Origin: Candidatus Saccharimonadota bacterium
GTDB taxonomy: Bacteria; Patescibacteriota; Gracilibacteria; BD1-5; UBA6164
NCBI GenBank assembly: GCA_965227835.1
Contig: OZ245768.1
Span: 210,001-242,000 of the forward strand
DNA length: 32,000 bases
Reading direction: 5' to 3'
Positions within the stretch are counted from its first letter, which is position 1. Each line of letters begins with the position of its first letter. The notes under the pieces are model-generated. The model saw only the letters and a list, made by a program, of their open reading frames with translations. It had not been told where the DNA came from and made no database searches. A program made the translations under genes and the position numbers. Positions 17,736-26,843 of this stretch are shown here, one piece after another.

Positions 17736-18431
17736 CTACTTATACTCTTCAAAATAAACACTTTCTTTTCAACTATCCTCTAGTATCTCTTTTGAAGATT
17801 TAATAACTCAAGGAGCTCAACATATATAAAATTCTTCAAAAATATCTAAATTTGTTTTGTTTAAAAAACTTGTTACATATCAAAAATTATATTCTTTTGT
17901 TTCTTCTCTGCTTATATATATTTCAAAAACAAAATTCTTGTTTACTTCTTTTATTTTTTCTATTTCTTTTAAATAAAACAGATCTTTAACTGTCCTAACT
18001 CAAAAAACTAAACCAAGTTTTACTCAGCTTTTATTCATATCTGTTTCGGCTAATATTTGATTATATAGAGGTACTATTCAAGTACCAGTTGCGATAAAAA
18101 GTTTATTTTTATCGTTTTTTTGAAGTAGAAAGCTACCAGAAGCTCATACTCATTTCAATGTATCTCAAACTTCTAAATCACAAATATATCTGCTTCAACC
18201 TCTACCTCAATCTTCCTCTTCCCGTTTTTTAATTATTAAAACTATATTTGAAGTGTCTTTTTCGTTTGGATAACTTTTTAATATAGAGTAAGCTCTTCAT
18301 CAAATCTTATCTATTAAAAAAGTTACAAATTGACCAGGTAAAACATCAATTTTATCACTTGCTTCAAAAGTCATCTCGTATACATCGGGAGTTAGCTTTT
18401 CTTTTTTTATAAGTTTAAAATTTTTTATCAT
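17736..18431 (-). CDS. FNR-family FAD/NAD(P)-binding oxidoreductase, 231 aa
   Basis: It shows RAYSI (FAD RxYS motif), GGRGGSRYI, IATGTGIVP (NAD(P) motif) and YICGAPGV near the C-terminus. Confidence 0.8.
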
Positions 18432-18498
18432 AATTTTTGCTTGTTTTTAAAAATAAAATATAGTATTATAAATATAAAATACAAATCTAAATAAAAAA

Positions 18499-19431
18499 AT
18501 GAATAAAATAGTAGTTTCATGATCTAGTGCATATGATAATATAATGCACACAGATACAAATCTAAAAGAACATTTAGCAAAAAAAGAAATGTGAAAAATA
18601 AGTATTTCTTATTTATCTTCAAGTCTAAAAAAAGAAGTATGAGGTACATGATTAAATATTGCATATAATATAGCTCTCTTGTGAGCAGAACCAATTTTGT
18701 TTACATCTGTTTGAACTGATTTTTCTTTTTCTGATTTCGTAAAAAACAATATAAACCTAGATTATGTTTATTTTTCAAAAGATAAACTTAGTTCTAGGAG
18801 TTATATAACTACTGACAATTATAAAAACCAAATAACATCTTTTTATCCATGATCTATGGAAGATATTTATCCTTTTGATTTAGATAAAAATGAAAATGTA
18901 TTATATGGGATTGTTTCTGCAAACAATATTTCATGTATGAAAGACCATTTAAAAAAACTTCATGAAAGGGGAGTGAAAACTTTTTTTGATCCAGGGCAAC
19001 AGATAACACAAATGAACAAAGAAGATTTAGATTATTGTATAAAATACTCAGATTTTATAATTTTAAGTGAATATGAATATGAAGTTTTGAAATCTATAGC
19101 TGAAAAAACAGATTGAGATATGATAGATACTTTTGATCATATGATTTTGACCTATTGACTTGAATGATCCAAAATTTTTGACAAAAATTATAATATAATA
19201 GAGATACATTGAGTTGAAAATCCCAATTTCAAAGACCCAACAGGGGCATGAGATGCTTATAGAGCTGGTCTTATAAAATGATTAAATGATTGATATAGCT
19301 GGGAAACTTCTGCTAGAATAGGAGCTGTGTTATCATCACTTTGTACATGAAAGTTTTGAGCACAAAATCATTTTATAGACTGGAATAAATTTAGTAGTCT
19401 ATATGAGCAGACTTTTTGAGAAAGTTTGTAG
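18499..19431 (+). CDS. PfkB-family carbohydrate/nucleoside kinase, 310 aa
   Basis: Motifs are GGTGLNIAYNIALLG and DPTGAGDAYRAGLIKG. Track ORF 18856-19116 is an internal fragment in the same frame. Confidence 0.85.
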
Positions 19432-19446
19432 TTTTTTTACAAAAAA

Positions 19447-19488
19447 GAAAAATCCCCTTTTAAGAATAACTTAAAAGGGGATTTTTTT
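19447..19488. terminator. Bidirectional intrinsic terminator
   Basis: aaaaatCCCCTTTTAagaataacTTAAAAGGGGattttttt lies between the convergent kinase and membrane-protein genes. Confidence 0.7.
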
Positions 19489-19993
19489 AGGCTCCTTTTC
19501 TTTTCAGGAGGAAAAATAATGGATCAAAAATTATGAATATGAAAGGAAACTCTCTCAGGAAGTTTTTCATAAATTCATAATTTAAAATCGAATTTTTTAT
19601 ATCTCTGAGTTCAAAGTTAAAAACTAACTCATATCCCTGTAAATTTGTTCTTATATAAGCTAATATATATACATTTACTAATAGAAAAAATGAAAAAATA
19701 GTTATGTACATACCGCTATGATCAATATTTTCCCATATAAGTGTAGCAACAACAGCGAAAAGAATATATGAAAAATATTGACAAAAAGGCAAACTTGATA
19801 CAAACATAAATTCTTCACTATTAGTAAATAGAGCAATAACAATGATCAATACAGCTATAACCAGTGGTATGGTAAATCCAGCTAAAGGATAAAGGTATTT
19901 GTATTCAGAGGATATATTTTGCTTACCTATCCAAAATATGAATAATACTGTAAACAAAAGTATATATTTGAAGTTAATGCAAAAATATTTCAT
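19487..19993 (-). CDS. Hypothetical integral membrane protein, 168 aa
   Basis: It is an intact standard-code ORF with 4-5 hydrophobic segments. A strong SD lies upstream (aaaaaggagtattattATG). No TGA codon is used. Confidence 0.7.
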   Translation of the reverse strand: MKYFCINFKYILLFTVLFIFWIGKQNISSEYKYLYPLAGFTIPLVIAVLIIVIALFTNSEEFMFVSSLPFCQYFSYILFAVVATLIWENIDHSGMYITIFSFFLLVNVYILAYIRTNLQGYELVFNFELRDIKNSILNYEFMKNFLREFPFIFIIFDPLFFLLKRKGA

Positions 19994-20092
19994 AATAATA
20001 CTCCTTTTTAATTTAGATTTGAAAATATTTTCATTTCTTAATATATTTTTTAATTTAAATTTGTCAAAAGATTATATTATGTTAAAAAATAT

Positions 20093-21265
20093 CTGTACCA
20101 GTAGATAGGTACCACTATTTATTGATATGGAATTGTGTAAAAAAGAGGATGGGGATATAATAGATTTTGTAAAAAATTTTATTTTATAATCCCAAACCTC
20201 TTATGAAATGATTATATGAAAAAATGTGTACTAAGCAAGGAGTAGAATCAGCAAGAATCCTCGCGAGGTCGATACTTGAAGAAAACAAAGGAAACGTAAG
20301 TAAAACAGCTTATATATTATGATGTTCTCGTAAAACAGTAAGAAGAAGTAGAGATGGTCCTATAGAAAATATATCAAGAGCTCCTAAGACTCCTCATAAT
20401 AAAAAAACATCTTCTGATTTAGAATGACTTGTATTACAAGAACGAAATAAAACAAAATATTGAAGAGTACGTCTAGCAAAGTATTTATTCCTCAGATATG
20501 GAATAACATTCTCTTCCTCTACTATATGAAATATACTAAAAAGAAACAAAGTAAAAAAGCATCATTATTCTCGTAGAAAATGAGATAGTAAACCTCTATA
20601 CGATTATCAAAATATTCTTCCCTTTGAGTATGGTCAAGTAGATACAAAGCATATAGAAGATTTTGAAGCTTTATGAGAACTTTGTTTTATACTAAGAAAA
20701 TATAATCTTCCTTTATATCAATGGACATATATATGTGCTAAAACAAAATATAAATTTATAGCTTATTCTCATAGTCTTTCTTCTGAATTTGGTCTTATGT
20801 TTATACTTACTATAGCTACATATCTTAGGAGTATGTGAATATATTATCATATGGAATTTCAATGAGATAATGGCCCTGCTGATTTTTGTGGATGAAGTAA
20901 GAGAAAGGAAAATCAGTGGAATGCTATATTAAATAATATAAATTGCTGTTTTAAGAGTATTCCTGCTTGAAAAAAATATCTTCAATGAATTGTAGAGAGA
21001 TCTCATAGAACTGATGATGAAGAATTATATAGACCTTATCTTGATCGCATGAAATCTCTTCCTAATTTTTTAAACCATAGTAGTAAATATATTTATACTT
21101 ATAATAATTATAGACCTTCTTTTTGAATAGGTATGAACGGTTTAAGTCCTATTGAAAAACTTAGAAGTTGTAATATAATTCTTCCTACAAAATTTAATAA
21201 TTTCCCTGTCCTTATCCTAGATAATCTTGCTAAAATTGGTGGTACCTATCTAAAGGACCATTACC
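20093..21265 (+). mobile_element. IS481-family insertion sequence (boundaries inferred)
   Basis: A 14-bp perfect inverted repeat tagataggtaccac lies at 20102-20115 and 21239-21252. The element is bracketed by a 21-bp perfect direct repeat ttatattatgttaaaaaatat. The left copy is at 20072-20092. The right copy is at 21266-21282 plus 22574-22577, split by the IS4-like insertion. Confidence 0.5.
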
Positions 21266-21279
21266 TTATATTATGTTAA
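20203..21279 (+). CDS. IS481-family DDE (rve/integrase-core) transposase, 358 aa
   Basis: The HTH region is NVSKTAYILGCSRKTVRR. The catalytic residues are in GQVDTKH, FQGDNGPADF and VERSHRTDDEE. About 13 in-frame TGA are read as Gly. The start could alternatively be the ATG at 20224. Confidence 0.9.
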
Positions 21280-21282
21280 AAA

Positions 21283-22567
21283 CTCAAAACTACCCACTTT
21301 TTATAAAATCGACATATGAGAATAAGGATAACTGAGGGAAATGTAGGTTGTTTTTATTATTTAAATTTTTAATATGTTTTTTAGGAGGTTTATACAACTT
21401 TGTTAAACAATAAGATATAAATTTAACAATAGAATTAGAATTCATAGTTATTCATCGAGATTTTGTATAATCTCTAAATCTAGATTTAAATCTAGAAGAA
21501 AGTATAAACCTCTGATTCTCACAAAAAGAATTATTCTTTTTATATATAGTCCTAGTCAAAGCCATAGCCAACTGTATAGTAGAAACAAAATTTTTAAATA
21601 CTATTAAACTCTTAGCTTGAAGTTTCTCAAGCTGAAACTCCTGCTTCATAGTTTTAAATATTGTCTCTATTTCCCGTCTTTGTTTATATTCTTCTATATC
21701 TGTTTTTCTTGAATTTGATAATATCCTCATTGGTTCAGGAAATTTAGGATTTGATTTAATATGAAGATATATTGATTCATTAACTGAATTAATTCTTACC
21801 TTATGAACTCAATCTTTAAATTCCTTTAATTTCAAATATTTATTGGTTTTTAAATCAAAATATATCCTATTCTTTTTAGCTCTTATTATCCATCTATTTA
21901 CACTATTATTTAAAAACTCTATATATGATGCTATATCATATCAAGCATCATATACATATATTCACTTTCATTTAGTATAATCTTCTACTTTTTTAATTAA
22001 TTTTCAAAAATATTCAGATTTAAATTTATTAGTTAAATCTTCATACTCAAGTATTACAGGAATTCAATTTATACTTACTCAATGATACATATATCAAGAA
22101 ACTATATTTCAAGTACTTCAATCTCTTACTTTAGATAAATTTTCTAGCTTCTTTGAGTATTGTTTTGCTATATCAACTTCATCAAAAACTATATAATCAT
22201 TTTTATTTATTTTTCATAACATAGAAAAACATCTTTTTTCTACTTTTAGGTTAAAATTTTTAAAACTATCTTTTTCAAAGAAATGTTTTATTTTTTCACT
22301 CATTTTGTTAGGATTTTTATATTTTCAAAATCATAATTTGTTCATTATTGTTGTTCTTAGCTTTATTATATCTCAAAAAAACTCTTTAATAAATCTTTTA
22401 TCATTTTTGCATTCATATTTCATTAAATATCATAGTTCTTTGTTTATTATTTTTTGTATTTCTTGCATAAAAAAAAGTAATAATAATATATTACTTCAAT
22501 TATTAGATTATCCCCTCTGTCAAGCTTTTTTTAGACTTTTTTATTAAAAAAACTGGGGAGTTTTGAG
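21283..22567 (-). mobile_element. IS4-like insertion sequence, copy 1 (1285 bp)
   Basis: The terminal inverted repeats are ctcaaaactacccac and, as reverse complement, ctcaaaactccccag. A 6-bp target duplication TAAAAA lies at 21277-21282 and 22568-22573. By eye it is identical base for base to 30195-31479. Confidence 0.9.
21452..22468 (-). CDS. IS4-family DDE transposase, 338 aa
   Basis: I translated every codon by hand: MQEIQKIINKELGYLMKYE...VFDEVD...YVYDAGYD...YKQRREIETIFKTMK. The last motif has the Y-2-R-3-E-6-K signature spacing. About 16 in-frame TGA are read as Gly. Track ORF 21452-21730 is only the C-terminal 92 aa. Confidence 0.9.
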
Positions 22568-23103
22568 TAAAAAATATTGACATAATATTTATAATAAATA
22601 TATTGTTAATGACATAATATAATTTAATTTTATAATACGATAATATGGGTAAACCTGAATTAAACCCCGAAGTGCAATTTTTTAAATGAACTTAAAGAAG
22701 AAAATATAGCATTAAGAAATTTTTTATTTTTGAGATTATAAAAAATTTTGTTATAATTCCAAATACAACATTAAGATTGTGAAAAGTGTGCTTGATTAGG
22801 GGAAATAAATCAAAGTATTTCTCTAGGAGTATTTGCTAATATATCGCAAATACTTTTTATTTTTTCATCACTTACATAATCAAATATAGTTCATTTAGGA
22901 AAAAATCTCCTGATAATCCTATTTAAATTCTCAACACTTCACTTCTGCCAAGAAGAATAAGGTTCACAAAAGTAAGTATCTATTCATATATCATTTAATA
23001 AATAATGCTTAGCAAATTCCATTCAATTATCAAAAGTAACAGATTTAATTCATATATCATCTTTAACTCAAGGGACCTCTGCAATATTGTTGAAAAGAAC
23101 AAG

Positions 23104-23137
23104 AAAAAAGTGATTTTGAATAAAAATCACTTTTTTT
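23104..23137. terminator. Hairpin terminator inside the IS5 element, downstream of its transposase gene
   Basis: aaaaaAGTGATTTTgaatAAAATCACTttttttt is flanked by A and T runs. Confidence 0.5.
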
Positions 23138-23222
23138 GAAGAATATATAAGATAATTTCTATGAATTATGCCTTTTTTTAGGTATAATTTCCAAATTTAG
23201 GCACAATTCACCTATTAGAAAG

Positions 23223-24188
23223 CTATATATACCTCCTTGCCAATAGTTCAAAATTATAAATAGCACAAGATAAAAACCAGTGCATAGCATTCTTAACTAA
23301 TCATCTATATCTTGTTTTATAATTTCAATATTTAGCCTTTAAAATAGAAAAAGGATGTTCTACTCTTGCCCTAATAGTAGATTTAATTCTATTTTGTTCT
23401 TTTTGATAAGAAGTCAACGGATTATTTCTAGATCATCTTTCATTGAACTCTCACTTAATTCATAACTCATCTAAAAATTTTATTTTATCTTTACTTATAT
23501 AGGCACTATCTCAATATGCCTCTTCACTCTCATCTCAAGTCATTAAAGTATCAGATAACTGTGAATCATGTATCTTAGCTGTCGTATATGTTGTATTCAT
23601 TACAAAGTCTCCTCTCTTTGTTGTTTCAATATGAGCTTTATATCAATGATAACTTCTTCAATTCTTCTTTGTAAAACTAGCTTCCTTATCTCTTGTATTT
23701 TCTCATTTATTATTCTTTCTTCATTTTGGTGATTCTATTATAGTACCATCTTGAATAAATCACTTTTCTACTGTAAATCACATTTCAGCTAAAATAAATT
23801 GAGTCATTGTAAATATAGTTTCCTGACTTCAGTTTTCTGATAATTCATTTCTAAATCTACATATTGTTGTTTCATCTGGTATATCTTTAGATTCAGATAT
23901 TCATAGAAACTTTTGAAAGCTATTTCTGTCTCTTATTTGATCTTCTATTTCCGGATCTGATAATCCATATAGTCATTGAAGAAATAGTATTTTTAACATT
24001 TTTTGTATTTCCATTCTTGGTCTTCAAACTCATCAATCTGATATTTCTCTAGATAAATTAATTTTATTTGATATTGATTCCCATGGGACTACTTTATCTA
24101 ATTTTGTTAGAAACTTTTCTGTTCTTGTAATTCATAACTCATTTTGGAAATAATTCAAAAATGTTTGTTGTTCTTTAAATGGTGACAT
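23223..24188 (-). CDS. IS5-family DDE transposase, 321 aa
   Basis: Motifs are GRPRMEIQKMLKILFLQGLYGLSDPEIEDQIRDRNSFQKFLG, PDETTICRFRNEL, IQDGTIIESP, HGYKAHI, TTAKIHDSQ, AYGDSAYIS, and RARVEHPFSILKAKYGNYKTRYRGLVKN. More than 20 in-frame TGA are read as Gly. Confidence 0.9.
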
Positions 24189-25133
24189 AATCATTAAAAA
24201 AAAATTAAAATATTTATCATATTTTAATCTTTTTATTATATTTTTGTAATTTAAATCTATCTTTTTGCAGAGGTCCCTCAAGCTATTAGATTAATTATAT
24301 TTTCACTTGATTTATCTTTTATTTTAAAAATTTTAGGTAACCTAGTCTTTCTATCAACCAATGTAAGTATAGCTCATTTAAATCATTTTTTAGAAACAAT
24401 TAAATCAGCTTCAATATGTCATTTTTCTTCTCTGTTATTTATTGTTTCAGGTCTATTTTTAATACTAACTCTATTTTTAATTTTCACTCTTTCTGTTTGT
24501 TGTTTTTTCTTTCTATAACCTTTATGTTTATATAATAATAGTTCTTTATATTTATTTCACATACCAGTTTCTAGCCAAGAATATATACTTGTATGGGAGA
24601 TATGTTTCTTTTTATCTGTTTGAGTATTATTCCGTTTCTTAGCAATTGTTTTTGGGGACATTTGTATTTCTGTTATTGATAGTTGTTCTATTATGAAATT
24701 TTTCATATTAGTATTCATATTTATCTTCATTGATTGAGTTTTTGTTAGCCATCGTCTTTGATATGATTTGATTTCTGCTTCTAGTGCTAAATATACTTTT
24801 TTATTGTTTCATCGTTTTTTTACTGAATTTCTGTATATCTCTCTGCTTATTGTTGATTCTGATCTTTTTAGTATTGATGCTATATCTTTTTTCTTTAATC
24901 ATTTATTTAAATGAAATTCAATACTTTCTCTCTCTTGGAATATTAATTGTCAGTACATATCTTATTATATTAGAAAATAATGTTATTACCCTACGGGGAA
25001 TACTATATTTTCTTCTCTTTTAATTGCACTTCATTTCTTACTTTGGGAGAAAGACTGTCTTTCTGTTAATTTTAACTTAGATGGCAGAACTTACTATTTT
25101 ATAGTTTTGCTAATACACTTTTGGAGGTGTAAA

Positions 25134-25397
25134 ATGAAACAAGAATATAAACTAAGTAATGGTGGGTCTAATCGAATTCCAAAAAATGCAAAGATATTAG
25201 GAATAAGAATGGACAAATTAGGTATTCACATTTCTGCAGAAGTTGATCCAAGTAACGAAATAGAAACAAGGTATTTTTTTGTTATCATTGGGGATTCTGT
25301 AAAAATGAAAAGTAATCTAAAATACATACTTACACAAGATTTACTAGTTCATGATGGTGTAACAATACTTACTGGAGAACTCTTTGAGTTAAAGTAA
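25134..25397 (+). CDS. Small hypothetical protein, 87 aa (MKQEYKLSNGGSNRIPKNAKILGIRMDKLGIHISAEVDP...)
   Basis: The SD is ggaggtgtaaaATG. The frame is intact with no TGA, and an intrinsic terminator follows 20 nt downstream. The track ORF starts earlier, at an alternative TTG at 25107. Confidence 0.65.
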   Translation: MKQEYKLSNGGSNRIPKNAKILGIRMDKLGIHISAEVDPSNEIETRYFFVIIGDSVKMKSNLKYILTQDLLVHDGVTILTGELFELK

Positions 25398-25416
25398 AAG
25401 CAGTACCTTCAAAATC

Positions 25417-25447
25417 CGTTGGTTTAAAAACCAACGGCTCTTTTTAT
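25417..25447 (+). terminator. Intrinsic terminator
   Basis: The sequence is CCGTTGGTttaaaaACCAACGGctcttttta. Confidence 0.7.
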
Positions 25448-25465
25448 AAAAACTAATATAATTCC

Positions 25466-26545
25466 CTAAACACTTATAAAAGGAGCAAAAACAAACCTAG
25501 AGCTAGATTTTTTGGTAAAACTATCATCCAAGAAATCTAAATTTATCTCACTTCTATATCAGGCATTACCCCTTTGAACCATCTTATATCACACAGTTTT
25601 TACCTTGTAAAAAACATCATACCTATTACAAGTCCTTGGACAAATATCATCTATAGCATACATTCCCCTACTCTCGTTTTCTATAGCAGAAGTATCACAA
25701 AGCCTTCAAGTAAAAATTAAAGCCCAAGGATAATACAAATCTATTCAAATATCATCTGAAGGATGACTTGATATATTTTTGAATAAATCACCTCTATTTT
25801 GCATATAATCTACACAAACTCTTGATATATTAAACCTATGCAAAAATGATCTATACTCATCAAGTAAAACCTCACTACTATTATAAAATCTTATCTGCCA
25901 TTTTACTATATCTTTCCTCAAAGCTATTTTATCTTTTTCAGATTTATTTTTAATCAAATCTCAAGCAGGGTGAGCTTCATATCAAAATGTATCTATAAGA
26001 GGTGTTTTTAATTGTTTATGTATAACCCTACCAAAAGATATGGATAAATTTTTGTATTTTTTATTTAAGAGATCCAAAACTCAAAAATCATTTACAACAA
26101 TCTCTATTTTGTTTTTTATTTTCAAACTATTTAAAAATTCAAGTCCTTCTTCCAACCTATCAAGCATTTTCTCTCAAACATATGGAGTAACCAAAGTAAA
26201 AGTCCTTATTTTATGAGGTGGAAAATTTTTATTAAATATTTTAAATTTTTCTATAGCCTGTTCTATCTCTTTTTTTGTGGGAGCAAGGTATTCACAATTG
26301 TCGCTTCAATAATAAATTCAAGATATTTTATCAAAAATATTATTTCAAAACTTTTTCTTAATCTCTCTAATTGCCATAAAATTAACTTCATATTGAGGGG
26401 ATATAGTCTCTGCTAACTCTCATGGGAAGTTGGAAGTAAAAAAAGAGGCTATATCTCTATCCTTTTTTCATTTTGACAATAAGCTACCTTCATTTAATAA
26501 ATCAAAGTATTCTAAATTAGTTCAAATATGTATATAAAATTCCAT
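25466..26545 (-). CDS. Hypothetical protein, 359 aa, possibly a peptidase-U32-family-like fold
   Basis: The 360-codon frame is continuous with about 12 TGA read as Gly. GIYYGSDNCEYLAPTKKEIEQAIEKF and LIFTGRLCD weakly recall U32-family motifs, so the assignment is tentative. Track ORF 25745-25957 is an internal fragment. Confidence 0.6.
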
Positions 26546-26640
26546 AAAATTTTGTTTTTAAGATTAATATAAAAGAAACTTAATTCTATAAAATAACAAA
26601 TTGTTTAATATTTAATTTTCCCTTGTGAATATATTCTAAA

Positions 26641-26810
26641 CTATACTCTATTCACTCTTTTTCTATTTACTCTTTTTCTATCTCCTCTCCTCTAAGGAGA
26701 GGGCTAGGGTGAGGTATTATCCAGGTTAGGGTTAGATTTGAAGTTTGTCCAGAAATAGAAAAGTTATGCAAAGGGTCAAGAATTTACAAGGGGTCAAGAC
26801 CCCTTGTCTT
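26641..26810 (-). repeat. Composite 3' repeat module (inverted counterpart of 12388-12636), downstream of ftsK
   Basis: The reverse complement reads aagacaaggggtcttgaccccttg...acctcaccctagccctctccttagaggagaggagatagaaaaagag...gagtgaatagagtatag. Its first 23 nt are identical to 12390-12412. Confidence 0.8.
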
Positions 26811-26843
26811 GGTGAATTCTAGATAATATTTTAAATTAGAGAA

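Larger units (their letters stand above)
23072..24277 (-). mobile_element. IS5-family insertion sequence nested in the IS30 transposase gene (1206 bp)
   Basis: The 13-bp terminal inverted repeat gggacctctgcaa lies at 23072-23084, with ttgcagaggtccc at 24265-24277. A 4-bp target duplication TCAA lies at 23068-23071 and 24278-24281. Confidence 0.9.
22771..24958 (-). pseudogene. IS30-family transposase gene split by the IS5 insertion (N-terminal part 24278-24958, C-terminal part 22771-23067)
   Basis: The N-terminal part has ERESIEFHLNKGLKKKDIASILKRSESTISREIYRN and EKGHIEADLIVSKKGFKGAILTLVDRKTR. The C-terminal part has [39 protein letters not shown] and ILANTPREILGF. Removing 23072-24281 restores one uninterrupted 325-aa frame. 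Confidence 0.85.
22669..25032 (-). mobile_element. IS30-family insertion sequence disrupted by a nested IS5-family element
   Basis: Both ends start with gaagtgcaatt (22669-22679, and the reverse complement of 25022-25032). The shared inner block is agaagaaaatatag(c/t)att. The length is about 1154 bp once the nested element and its duplication are removed. Confidence 0.75.

Noticed and set aside
22305-22547. An 80-aa plus-strand ORF present in both IS4-like copies (also at 31217-31459)
   Set aside because: It is antisense to the N-terminal 55 codons and upstream region of the transposase, which extends to the ATG at 22468 under table 25. Its duplication simply reflects the identical IS copies.
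24784-25023. A 79-aa hydrophobic plus-strand ORF
   Set aside because: It is antisense to the N-terminal HTH region of the IS30 transposase and lies within the IS30 end.
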